A stretch of DNA of 64,000 nt from Candidatus Methanosuratincola verstraetei (lineage in GTDB: Archaea; Thermoproteota; Methanomethylicia; Methanomethylicales; Methanomethylicaceae), in assembly GCA_049570475.1 (NCBI GenBank), contig CP186953.1:576001-640000 (forward strand), written 5' to 3'. The position numbers and the translations under genes were made by a program. This document shows, in pieces, positions 31,721 through 40,815 of this stretch. The notes under the pieces are model-generated. The model was not told the DNA's origin and did no database searches. It was given only the letters and a program-made list of their open reading frames with translations. Position 1 is the first letter of the stretch; each line of letters begins with the position of its first letter.

Positions 31721-32382
31721 GACCGCCTCCCCCCGTACTCCCTTAGGTGCGATCGGATCGATGAGAGTGCCCCCTCGGGTATGATGCCTGACCGGGACGC
31801 GGCCTCGGCGATCTCCTCAATCGTGGCAATCGAATAGACCCTGATCCCGTACCTCTGCTGGAACTCACCCGTGGCGCAGAGATCGGTCTCGCCCCGCTCG
31901 AGCCGGTCCACCGCGATCAGCACGTATGGGATCTCGACCTTAGCAGCCGACCTGAGGACGTCGAGGATCTCCTCCTTTGTCTTCCCGGTCGTCATAACGT
32001 CGTCGAGGATCCCTACCCTGTCGCCGTCCCTCAGCGGGCTGCCTACAATGAGGCCCCCTTCCCCGTGCCCCTTAGCCTCCTTTCTGTTGAAGGCGAAGCG
32101 GATGCTCTTGCCGTGGTCCCTGAAGAGCGCGACCGCGGTCGAGACCGCGATGGGTATGCCCTTGTAGGATGGGCCGAAGAGGACGTCCGTTGAGTCCAGG
32201 AGCCCCATCTCGATCAGCGCCCTGGCGTAGAAGCCGCCGAGCCTGGAGGCGGCCTCGCCGTCCGCCAGAACCCCCAGGTTGACGAAGTAGGGCGAAGGGC
32301 GCCCGCTCTTGAGCGTGAATGAACCGAACCTGACCGCCCCGCTCCGGATCAGGAAAAACGCGAACTCAGACTTGAGGCTCAC
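31717..32382 (-). CDS. pyrE: Orotate phosphoribosyltransferase
   Basis: FTLKSGRPSPYF, FGPSYKGIP, RKEAKGHGEGG, LDDVMTTG. Confidence 0.95.
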   Translation of the reverse strand: MSLKSEFAFFLIRSGAVRFGSFTLKSGRPSPYFVNLGVLADGEAASRLGGFYARALIEMGLLDSTDVLFGPSYKGIPIAVSTAVALFRDHGKSIRFAFNRKEAKGHGEGGLIVGSPLRDGDRVGILDDVMTTGKTKEEILDVLRSAAKVEIPYVLIAVDRLERGETDLCATGEFQQRYGIRVYSIATIEEIAEAASRSGIIPEGALSSIRSHLREYGGRRS

Positions 32383-32516
32383 TTGAGATCACCTTGATCT
32401 GCCTGTAGATGAAATGCACAGGACACCAATTTATAGATGCCCTGCGGGCCAATCAAGCCCGCGCGCACACGTGCGCATCCGCGCAATTGCATACAGCCCC
32501 GCCCCAATGCCCCGAA

Positions 32517-34157
32517 TCACTCATTGATGCCAACGAGTCGCCCGCTCGCCCTCCGCTTGTGCCTGCCGAAGTCCCTGCCTCCGGCGAGGTCGGAGTACCT
32601 GAAGACGGGGCCGTCGACGCAGATCCTGTAACCGTCGAGCGCGCAGCTCCCGCAGAGTCCGATCCCGCACTTGGTGTACCTCTCGACGACGCAGAAGATC
32701 TTCGAGGGCGGAGACACGGACGACTCGAGTTCGGCTGCCTTGACCATCATCATCTCCGGCCCGCAGTTGAGGAACTCGCGCCCCGGCAGTTCGCTGATCC
32801 TCACGCGCATGAGGTCGGTCACCAGGCCGCGGATCCCCGTGGATCCGTCCTCGGTCGAGACGTGCGTCTCGGCTGCAGATGAGAGCGAGTCGAGCAGCGG
32901 GAGGTCCGATGAGGTCCTCCCCCCTACGAAGATGCCGTCCACCATGCCACTGAACCGCCTGGCGGCGAAGTGGACAGGCGCAACCCCGGACCCCCCGCCT
33001 ACGAGGCAAGAAGGGCCCTGGGGCGCCCAGCTGTTGCCGTAGGGACCCCTCAGGAAGACCTCGTCACCCTCCTCCAGGGAGACCAGTGCCCTGCTCACCG
33101 GGCCCACGGCGCGGACCAGGAGCAGGACGGGATCCGAGTCGGCGAGGGAGAATGGCTTCTCCCCCTTTCCCGGCAGGAGGACCTGGACGAACTGCCCCGG
33201 CGCGGCCCTGATCGATCCGTCGAGCCTGATCGCCCTCATCCCCGATCCCCATGCCTCCCTGACCGTGAACCTGGAGTACCCCATCGGGGGCGGATCAGGA
33301 GCCGCAGCGGATCCGGAGTGGAGTGAGTCGATGAATGATCCCGCTGCGCTTGTGCTCATCCCCCAAAGCGCGGTGCCGACCCCGAAGAGCCGGGCACCCG
33401 CAGACCTGAACTCCTCGACATCCTTCCGGGAAGAGATCCCGCCCATCCCGATTATGGGCACGTGGACAGACTCCCGGACCTCCCTCACGCACCTTAAGGC
33501 GATCTCCTTTATCGCCGGGCCAGAGAGGCCCCCGAGGGAGTTCTTCAGGAGCGGCCAGCCCCACTCTGAGGCGAACTCGAGCGGACCGACCGTGTTCACT
33601 GCCACTATCCCGTCCGCGCCAGCCTCGACCGCTGCCCTGGCGACCGTCCCGACGAGCCCTGGGCTCGGGGTCACCTTCGCGAAGATCGGCAAGTCCACCG
33701 CTCCCCTGACCGCCGCCACGACCTCCCTGACCGTCGAAGGGCAGGTGCCGATCGCGGCGCCGTAGCCCGAGGCGTGAGGGCAGGAGAGGTTCAGCTCGAT
33801 CCAGTCGGCGCAGCCAGCCACCTTCGCCGCCACAGACGCGAACTCGGCAGGGGTCCCGCCGAAGACCGAGACCATCAGGACCTTCCCCTGGCCGTTCAGA
33901 TCCTTCCTGACCCCGGCGGATTCCCTCACGAACTCGTCCGCCCCAGGGTTCGAGAGGCCGACCGAGTTGACAAGCGATCCCCCAACGGAGGCGACTATCG
34001 GCTCCTTGTAGCCCTCGCGCTCGGAGATCCCTATGCTCTTAGTGGTGATTACGCCCAGCCGCTCCGACGACTTAGCGACCCTGAGTATGATGTCTGGGGT
34101 CGAGGCGATTATCCCCGACGGCAGGACGAACTCGCCGGACGGAAGCTCAAGCCGCAT
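32517..34157 (-). CDS. pyrD: Fused dihydroorotate dehydrogenase 1B catalytic (PyrD) and electron-transfer (PyrK) subunits
   Basis: N half: TTKS, NSVGLSNPG, NLSCPH, GGLSG, IIGMGGI. C half: PGQF, KPFS, GPYG, GGGSG, CGPE, CGIGLCGSC...C.DGPVF. Confidence 0.9.
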   Translation of the reverse strand: MRLELPSGEFVLPSGIIASTPDIILRVAKSSERLGVITTKSIGISEREGYKEPIVASVGGSLVNSVGLSNPGADEFVRESAGVRKDLNGQGKVLMVSVFGGTPAEFASVAAKVAGCADWIELNLSCPHASGYGAAIGTCPSTVREVVAAVRGAVDLPIFAKVTPSPGLVGTVARAAVEAGADGIVAVNTVGPLEFASEWGWPLLKNSLGGLSGPAIKEIALRCVREVRESVHVPIIGMGGISSRKDVEEFRSAGARLFGVGTALWGMSTSAAGSFIDSLHSGSAAAPDPPPMGYSRFTVREAWGSGMRAIRLDGSIRAAPGQFVQVLLPGKGEKPFSLADSDPVLLLVRAVGPVSRALVSLEEGDEVFLRGPYGNSWAPQGPSCLVGGGSGVAPVHFAARRFSGMVDGIFVGGRTSSDLPLLDSLSSAAETHVSTEDGSTGIRGLVTDLMRVRISELPGREFLNCGPEMMMVKAAELESSVSPPSKIFCVVERYTKCGIGLCGSCALDGYRICVDGPVFRYSDLAGGRDFGRHKRRASGRLVGINE

Positions 34158-35475
34158 ATGTGACTGCACTCCCCCTAACCGGGTAGAACTCACCACGCAT
34201 ATAAGCTAGAGAGCCGCCGAGGACGGTCGCGACCGGCCATCCCTTGAGGACCATGCCCTCGTAAGGCGTCCACCCGCACTTGTAGTGCAGTGCGTCGGGA
34301 TCGACCCTCCGCTCCTCCCTCGGGTCTACCAGGACGATGTCCGCGTCCCTCCCGGGCTCGATCGACCCCTTGCCCCTCACCCTGAATATCCTTGCCGGGG
34401 AGTGGCTCATCAGCCTGACGATCTCCTCGAGCCTGATCATCCCCCGCAGGGAGGCGTCAACCATCAATGGGAGGGAAGTCTCCACGCCGGGGACCCCCGA
34501 CGGCGGGGAGTCGGACTCCTTAGCCTCCCGCGTGTGCGGGGCATGGTCAGACCCGATCACGTCGATCTTGCCCTCGAGCAGCGCCCTCCACAGCGAGGCC
34601 CTGTCAGCCTCTTCCCTGAGCGGGGGGTTAACCTTCGCGTAAGCGCCTATCCTACGCATCATGTCCGATGTCAGGAAGAGGTGGTGTGGGGTGGCCTCCC
34701 TGTAGAACGGGCTGGCGAGGGCTGCCTCCTCGTAGGAGGTGACGTGGCAGACGTAGACCCTCCCCTCCTTTCCGACCGAGAGGAGCTTCCTTATCGCCGT
34801 CAGGGCGGCCCTCTTGGGGCGGCGGGAGGCGTGGTCTGGCGCCGATTCATGCGCCCGTATCACGGACTCGTCCTCGGCGTGCACCGAGATCATCTTGGCG
34901 CTGTTGGCGAACCCCCTTATCGCTCCCAAGTCCGTGAGGAGGAGATCGCCTGTCGAGCTGCCCATGAAGATCTTCACAGAGGCGGCGAGCTGCCCGGGCG
35001 GGGGAGGTATCGGCGTCGCGGTGGAGATCCCGACCGCGACGAGCTCGCCCAGGTTCGAGGCGGTCGCCCCGAAGTGGAAGCCGTAGTTGACGCATGGGCT
35101 GGAGGACTCCACGATCCTGAACTTCTCGAGGAGCCGATCGAGTGTGGTGGTAGGGGGCGAGGTGTTGGGCATGTCGAGGACGGTGGTGACGCCCCCTGCG
35201 ATCGCGGCCCTCGACCCGCTCACCCAGTCCTCGGAGTTCATCCCGGGCTGCCTGAAGTGGACGTGCGGATCCACAACCCCCGGGAGGACGAGGAGTCCCT
35301 CTGCCTCGATCACGAGGTCCGCCTCAGGGGAGAGGGTCGTCAGGGAAACGATCTTGCCCCCCTTCACAAAGACGTTTGCGCGCGCCATCCCGCGGGGGCT
35401 GACAACGGTGCCGCCCCTGATGAGCAGCGTCCCGATCCCGCCTCCCGTTACCGGCCCTGCCGAGCCATCCGCCAT
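34147..35475 (-). CDS. pyrC: Dihydroorotase
   Basis: DPHVHFR, DMPNT, HAED, KVNPPLR, SDHAPH. Confidence 0.93.
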   Translation of the reverse strand: MADGSAGPVTGGGIGTLLIRGGTVVSPRGMARANVFVKGGKIVSLTTLSPEADLVIEAEGLLVLPGVVDPHVHFRQPGMNSEDWVSGSRAAIAGGVTTVLDMPNTSPPTTTLDRLLEKFRIVESSSPCVNYGFHFGATASNLGELVAVGISTATPIPPPPGQLAASVKIFMGSSTGDLLLTDLGAIRGFANSAKMISVHAEDESVIRAHESAPDHASRRPKRAALTAIRKLLSVGKEGRVYVCHVTSYEEAALASPFYREATPHHLFLTSDMMRRIGAYAKVNPPLREEADRASLWRALLEGKIDVIGSDHAPHTREAKESDSPPSGVPGVETSLPLMVDASLRGMIRLEEIVRLMSHSPARIFRVRGKGSIEPGRDADIVLVDPREERRVDPDALHYKCGWTPYEGMVLKGWPVATVLGGSLAYMRGEFYPVRGSAVTYAA

Positions 35476-35484
35476 CTGGCTGCC

Positions 35485-35958
35485 TCAGCCCCTGAACCGG
35501 AGGTCCTCAGCTTTGACCTCGTACCCGCAGTAGTGGCAGGCGATTGTGACCGGGGACCGGCTGACGGTGACCATGCGCGTAGGCACCGGCTCCTTGTTGG
35601 TGATGCAGTTGGCGTTCGAGCATACGGCGATCCCCTCGACCACGTCAGGTATCGTGACCTTCCGCTTCTCGACGAGCTCAGAGTTGCGGATGATGTTCAC
35701 TGTCGCGTTCGGGGCGAAGAGCGCTATGCGGCTGCACTCCTCGTCCGTCAGGAAGCGGTTCTCGACCTTTATCAGGTCCTTCCTGCCGTACTTGGTCGAC
35801 TTCAGGTTCTGCCCGATGATCACCACCGCCCCCTCAGTGAGCCCGAGCATCTGTGCTATCCTGACGGCCTTCCCGGGCGGGAGGTGGTCGATCACGGTCC
35901 CGTTCTCTATCGGGCTGACTATCATCCCCTTCTTCGCGCCGCCGGCTTGGGCGTTCAA
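35485..35958 (-). CDS. pyrI: Aspartate carbamoyltransferase regulatory chain
   Basis: IENGTVIDH, KDLIKVE, CSNANCIT...CHYC. Confidence 0.96.
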   Translation of the reverse strand: MNAQAGGAKKGMIVSPIENGTVIDHLPPGKAVRIAQMLGLTEGAVVIIGQNLKSTKYGRKDLIKVENRFLTDEECSRIALFAPNATVNIIRNSELVEKRKVTIPDVVEGIAVCSNANCITNKEPVPTRMVTVSRSPVTIACHYCGYEVKAEDLRFRG

Positions 35959-36902
35959 GAGATCCCCCCCAAGACCATCGCCAGGAGGGCTGCCCTGATC
36001 GGGACGCCGTTCCCGGCCTGCTTGAAGTAGTAAGACCTAGAGTCGTCGTCAACGTCTACCGATATCTCGTCGACCCTCGGCAGCGGGTGCATCACCCTCA
36101 TTGTCGGCTTCGCCGGCTGCAGCGTCTTCCTGGTGACGCGGTAGACCCCCCTCACCTTGTTGTACTCGTTCTCGTCGGGGAACCTCTCCCTCTGGATCCG
36201 GGTCATGTAGAGTATGTCGGCCTCGCCGATTACCTCCTCTATCGACGTGTGGAGGGTGCATTCGACCCCGCGGGAGGCGAGGTAAGAGATGATGTGGTGA
36301 GGCATCTGGAGCTGCTCCGGGGCGACGAGCCTGATCCTGCAGCTGTAGAGCCCGAGCGCATAGGCTAGGGAGTGGACGGTCCTGCCGTATTTCAGGTCCC
36401 CGACCATCGCTATCGTCAGCCCGTCTATCCTGCCCTGGGACTGCGCGATGGTGTAGAGGTCGAGCATTGTCTGCGTCGGGTGCTCGTTCCTCCCGTCCCC
36501 GCCGTTGATTACCGGGACCTTCTTCTCCCCGCGCGCCGCCCTCCTGGACGTTATGTCCGCAGCCCACCTGGCGGCCCCGTCGTAGGGGTGGCGGATCACT
36601 ATCGCGTCCGCGTAGTTTGCAACGGTCTCAATCGTGTCCTTCAGGGTCTCGCCCTTCATCACCGAGGTCCCCTCGACGCCCGCGAACCAGACCGTGTCCG
36701 CGCCTAGCGACTGCGCAGCCGCCTGGAAGCTGAGGCGCGTGCGCGTGCTTGGCTCGTAGAAGAGGAGGGAGATGCGCTTGCCCTTCAGCAGCCCCCTGTC
36801 GTAGCCCTCCTTCTCCATCCTCCTGGCGACCCCGAAGATACTGTCCAGGTCCTCCCTGGAGAAGTCCCTAATCGAAACGATGTCCCTATTCATGAAGCCC
36901 AA
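35955..36902 (-). CDS. pyrB: Aspartate carbamoyltransferase catalytic chain
   Basis: FYEPSTRTRLSF, HPTQ, GDLKYGRTVHS, MHPLPR. Confidence 0.97.
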   Translation of the reverse strand: MGFMNRDIVSIRDFSREDLDSIFGVARRMEKEGYDRGLLKGKRISLLFYEPSTRTRLSFQAAAQSLGADTVWFAGVEGTSVMKGETLKDTIETVANYADAIVIRHPYDGAARWAADITSRRAARGEKKVPVINGGDGRNEHPTQTMLDLYTIAQSQGRIDGLTIAMVGDLKYGRTVHSLAYALGLYSCRIRLVAPEQLQMPHHIISYLASRGVECTLHTSIEEVIGEADILYMTRIQRERFPDENEYNKVRGVYRVTRKTLQPAKPTMRVMHPLPRVDEISVDVDDDSRSYYFKQAGNGVPIRAALLAMVLGGIS

Positions 36903-37163
36903 TCGGATTCCACCTGGGGGGATCGGATTGGCTGAGAACTCAGCGGCGACTGGAATGCCGAGCTTGCGCCATGTTTCCGGGTGATATTAACCCATCAGAA
37001 CCTTCAGTCCCTCTTTCTATTTAAGATTTTTCGGTTCGGATCGCGGGATGGCGCACGGCATACCGATGGGGGCACGTGGTTTGGCAGGAGGACTTGAAGG
37101 CAGGGAAGGATGGGACGCCTGGAAATGAAGTGCGGCAGAAAAAGGATGCGCGGGGTCCCGCTT

Positions 37164-37661
37164 TCAGTCCCTCTTCATCATGAGCAGGACTCCCTTCGCG
37201 ACCCCGAGGGCAGGCGGGACCAGGAAGAGGGCCATCAGCATTGCCATGTCCACGCGGATCGAGAGGGACAATTCCATCGGGAGACCCCCCACCAACTGAT
37301 CGACAGGGGCTGCCACGGAGATGGCGCCGCCGTGGAAGAACAGGAAGACGTAGGCGGCGAAGATCAGGCTCAGGGCTATCGTGAGGGGGCCGTAAGCCTT
37401 TGTCCCCCTGAAGAGGGCGCAGAGGAAGATCGCCGGCGCCAAAGCAAGCCCCACGGACGGCAGCGCAGGTTCGATGAGCGAGGAGATCACACCCGCAGCC
37501 TGGGGCGGGATCTCCACCCCCGCCAGATTGGAGGCGATCCCGAGTAAGTTCGCGGGGACATAGTAGAAGACAAGGAATGCGAGCCCGCCCAGGATGGCCC
37601 CCAGGGCAAGCCTGGCCGCGAGTGATGCACCAGAGACGTCCAGGTCGATCAGCCTAACCAT
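37164..37661 (-). CDS. Hypothetical 4-TM membrane protein
   Basis: Hydrophobic ORF overlapping the end of the upstream gene; SD GAGGTG. Confidence 0.75.
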   Translation of the reverse strand: MVRLIDLDVSGASLAARLALGAILGGLAFLVFYYVPANLLGIASNLAGVEIPPQAAGVISSLIEPALPSVGLALAPAIFLCALFRGTKAYGPLTIALSLIFAAYVFLFFHGGAISVAAPVDQLVGGLPMELSLSIRVDMAMLMALFLVPPALGVAKGVLLMMKRD

Positions 37662-38811
37662 TCACAGGCACCTCCAAGGATGTGCTTCCTAATTGCGTGT
37701 CCATCGACAGGACCAGAGTCCCGGGCACGGAGAGGGCCCAGTTCGGAACAAGCATCTCCAGATCGCATACGAACCCGGATCCCGGCGGCACGTGGACCGG
37801 CACTGGCTGGCACTCCGCGACCAAGGATGAACCGACCACCAGACCGGCCTTTACCGAACCGTTCAGCGTGATCAGCTTGTTGGCGTTGGTGAAGGCGAAG
37901 GGCAAGATGAAGACCGAGTGGGTCGAGTTGTATGGCGTCACGGACGGCGACCCAAGGTACGGGGAGGCGACGGGCGGGTCCCACACCATCTCGACTGGGG
38001 TCGAGACTGAGTGGACCTGGATGCCGAAGATCTTGAAGCCTAATGTCGCGTTGCACCTGAAGGTCCTTCCCTCGAGCATGAGGGCAGTGGTGTTCTCGGG
38101 CAGCCTTAAGGAGAATTGGAGTTCGCCGGCGAACTCTGACCTCGGCGGCGCTTCCACCTCGAGGTGCCCTGATCCGATCTCAGATCCTGTGTCGGCGTCG
38201 ACGAGGAGGAAGTTGACCGACCCCTCGACGCTGATGCCGGAAGGGTTCTCGAAGCGGACCGGCATGGACGCGACTAAGTGGGTCGAGTTGTAGCCCAAGA
38301 GCACAGGTTCTCCAAGCTCAAAGTCCTTGACTGGGGGCTCCCACGGGATGCTCCCCGACAGATGCGCGGAGACCGAGACGAATGGAACGAGGGCTGCGCC
38401 CGCAGAGGCGCTCAGCGTGAGGTTCCTGGCCTGGCTGAAGAGGGCGGAGAGGCGCTCCTGCGGGATCTCCGAGAGGTCGATCCTGATTGAGACGGAACGC
38501 TGGGCTCCCCTCGCTCCGGCAGGGACGGAGAAGGGTTGCGAGGACGCCGATGCGATCAGCCCCCCGTCCTCATCCTTGAGATCTGCGGAGACGCGGATGT
38601 CCGAAACATCAAAGGGGCCGCTGTTCGAGACTGATATCGGGAACGAGATCTCGACCACCGATCCCGAGGAGTTGAACGACGGCTCGCCCACCCTGAGGGA
38701 CGAGACCACGGCGATGGCGTTCATTGCGACCAGGAACGTGACTGCGGAGGCGGCGACCACTGTCAGCACTATCAGGGCATTGAAGAGCTTTATTCCGGTT
38801 GAGAGCCTCAT
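37654..38811 (-). CDS. Membrane-anchored protein with repeated LEA_2/Ig-like beta domains
   Basis: N-terminal TM; repeated W.PPV....LG.P....YNSTH units. Confidence 0.75.
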   Translation of the reverse strand: MRLSTGIKLFNALIVLTVVAASAVTFLVAMNAIAVVSSLRVGEPSFNSSGSVVEISFPISVSNSGPFDVSDIRVSADLKDEDGGLIASASSQPFSVPAGARGAQRSVSIRIDLSEIPQERLSALFSQARNLTLSASAGAALVPFVSVSAHLSGSIPWEPPVKDFELGEPVLLGYNSTHLVASMPVRFENPSGISVEGSVNFLLVDADTGSEIGSGHLEVEAPPRSEFAGELQFSLRLPENTTALMLEGRTFRCNATLGFKIFGIQVHSVSTPVEMVWDPPVASPYLGSPSVTPYNSTHSVFILPFAFTNANKLITLNGSVKAGLVVGSSLVAECQPVPVHVPPGSGFVCDLEMLVPNWALSVPGTLVLSMDTQLGSTSLEVPVNG

Positions 38812-38922
38812 CGAGACTACCCGGAACTATTATGCTCTAAAGGGGTTTAAAAGGTCGAGGGTGAATTATTTAAAAAATGAGATTGCGTTGTTTAGTTTCT
38901 GAAGAATGGACCACCCGCCGGT

Positions 38923-39807
38923 TCAATCCGGCATCTCGCCCCTGAGCCCCTTCAGCGACTCGCTGAGCTCCATGGGCTTGTTCTCAAGCAGCGCCCGTGC
39001 ATTGGAGGTGGCGAGGGAGGAGTCTACCGGGCGCTTGGCCACCCACCCCACCTCGCCCATGCTCGAAGGGATGAGGAGCTCCCAGTCGAGTCCGAAGGAC
39101 TTTGCGATGCTGAATGCAAAGTCGTACTTTGAGAGGCGTGTCGCCCCCGCAAGGTGCAGGGTGCCCTCAATCCTCCTGTCGGCAGCCTCGAAGAGCATCC
39201 TGACGAGGTTGCGGTCATACGTGGGGGTTATGAACTGGTCCGCGACGACCCTGAGCGGTGCGTGCGCCTTCAGCTTCCTGATTGCCCAGAGGGCAAAGTT
39301 GGGCTCTGCCTTGGCAGCCCTGGATCCAAAGACGAACGAGGTCCGGGCGACGAGGTGCCTTGCCCCCGAGGACCTGACAATGTCCTCGGCGAGGGCTTTC
39401 GTCTTGCCGAGGAAGTTCACAGGGTTCCGTTCATCCTCCTCCCTGTAGAGCCCTTTTGAACCGTCGAATACATAGTCGGAGGAGAGGAAGACGAGGAATG
39501 CCCCTGCATTTTTGGCAGCATCTGCAACGTTCCTGGTCCCCTCGACGTTCACCTGGGTCGCGAGATCCCTCTCCAGCTCGCACCTGTCGACGCCGGTGAT
39601 CGCCGCGGTATGGAAGACGACGTCCGGGCGCGCCCTCCTGAAGGCCTCGGAGACTGACTGCGGGCTGGTGACGTCCAGCTTCAGAGGGTAACCGAATGGG
39701 GGGTGATGCGCCAGGTACCCCGAGAAGACGGAGTCCCCCCGCGAGTCCGCGTGCTCGGCGATCCTCCCGCCGAGGAGCCCGCTTGCGCCGGTGATGAGCA
39801 GGTTCAA
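38923..39807 (-). CDS. RmlD-like extended SDR (catalytic Tyr replaced)
   Basis: TGASGLLG, HTAAIT, SSDYVFDG, DQFITPT; YxxxK reads LGKTK. Confidence 0.88.
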   Translation of the reverse strand: MNLLITGASGLLGGRIAEHADSRGDSVFSGYLAHHPPFGYPLKLDVTSPQSVSEAFRRARPDVVFHTAAITGVDRCELERDLATQVNVEGTRNVADAAKNAGAFLVFLSSDYVFDGSKGLYREEDERNPVNFLGKTKALAEDIVRSSGARHLVARTSFVFGSRAAKAEPNFALWAIRKLKAHAPLRVVADQFITPTYDRNLVRMLFEAADRRIEGTLHLAGATRLSKYDFAFSIAKSFGLDWELLIPSSMGEVGWVAKRPVDSSLATSNARALLENKPMELSESLKGLRGEMPD

Positions 39808-39868
39808 GGCTTCTCCACCATTTTATATTTGACCCTTAGGGCTATTAACTGTTGAGGGGGCATACGGG

Positions 39869-40642
39869 GTGGCGGACCGGATCGGGTGCAGCTCGAGCAC
39901 CGAGTGTGTGGAAAGGATTGCATCCATCCTCAGGGGGAGCAGGGATGCGGTGGCATTCACCGGGGCAGGGATCAGCACGGACAGCGGGATACCGGACTTC
40001 AGGGGGAGGCAGGGGCTCTGGAAGAGGTTCGACCCGAGGATGGCGACAAGGTCATTCATGCTGGAGGACCCCAGGGCGTTCTGGGAGTTCTACGCGATGC
40101 GCTTCGAGGCGCTCGCTGGAGCTGAGCCGAACCCCGGCCACAGGGCCCTTGCGAGGCTGGAGGGGGAGGGGCTCCTCGGGGCGGTGATAACGCAGAACAT
40201 CGACGGGCTCCACGCAAAGGCGGGATCGAGGAGGGCGATCGAGCTGCACGGGAACATGATGACCAGCAGGTGCGACGATTGCGGATCGGCCCAACCCACC
40301 GTGGAGTGCGTCTGGCTGGTGAGGGGGAAAGGGGAGGTGCCGAGGTGCGGTTGCGGCGGATTGATCAGGCCATCGGTTGTTCTCTTCGAGGAGCCGGTCG
40401 AGATGTTCGAGGCCGCGCTCAGGATCGCGCAGGAGAGCGACCTCTGCCTCGTGGTGGGGTCATCCCTCACGGTTTACCCGGCCGCGGCGATACCCGAGGC
40501 GGTTAAGGCAGCAGGGGGGAAGCTCATCATAGTGAACGCAGACCCGACCCCGCTCGACGCACACGCTGATCTCTTGGTCAGGGAGGGGGCGTCCCCTGCG
40601 TTGGCGGGGATCGTGAGGGCGCTCGGGCTCGGCGAGGTCTGA
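39869..40642 (+). CDS. cobB: Sir2-family NAD-dependent deacylase
   Basis: TGAGIS..SGIPDFRG, TQNIDGLH, ELHG, Zn Cys, GSSL.VYPAA. Confidence 0.95.
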   Translation: MADRIGCSSSTECVERIASILRGSRDAVAFTGAGISTDSGIPDFRGRQGLWKRFDPRMATRSFMLEDPRAFWEFYAMRFEALAGAEPNPGHRALARLEGEGLLGAVITQNIDGLHAKAGSRRAIELHGNMMTSRCDDCGSAQPTVECVWLVRGKGEVPRCGCGGLIRPSVVLFEEPVEMFEAALRIAQESDLCLVVGSSLTVYPAAAIPEAVKAAGGKLIIVNADPTPLDAHADLLVREGASPALAGIVRALGLGEV

Positions 40643-40815
40643 GCGGGGCGCAGGGGATTTCCCCTCCATCTGCGCGGTCCGTGATCCGAGCGGCACGCAG
40701 TCAAGAGAATAGCCAATAAATCGGGCATTAAAGCACGGTTGCTCGCGTAGCCGAGTCGATGTCCGGAATGCCAACGCTTATTTTTTCATTGCGACATAAT
40801 GGTGAGGGGGTAAAT

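Noticed and set aside
34285-36030. 581-aa plus-strand ORF and similar long shadow ORFs (11166-12212, 22993-24087, 26121-27152, 7232-8230)
   Set aside because: Antisense or alternate-frame shadows of well-supported genes in GC-rich DNA, with no recognisable motifs
36935-37000. C/D box sRNA in the pyrB leader (TGATGG...CGGA...CTGA)
   Set aside because: Boxes are degenerate, the second guide is too long and there is no terminal stem
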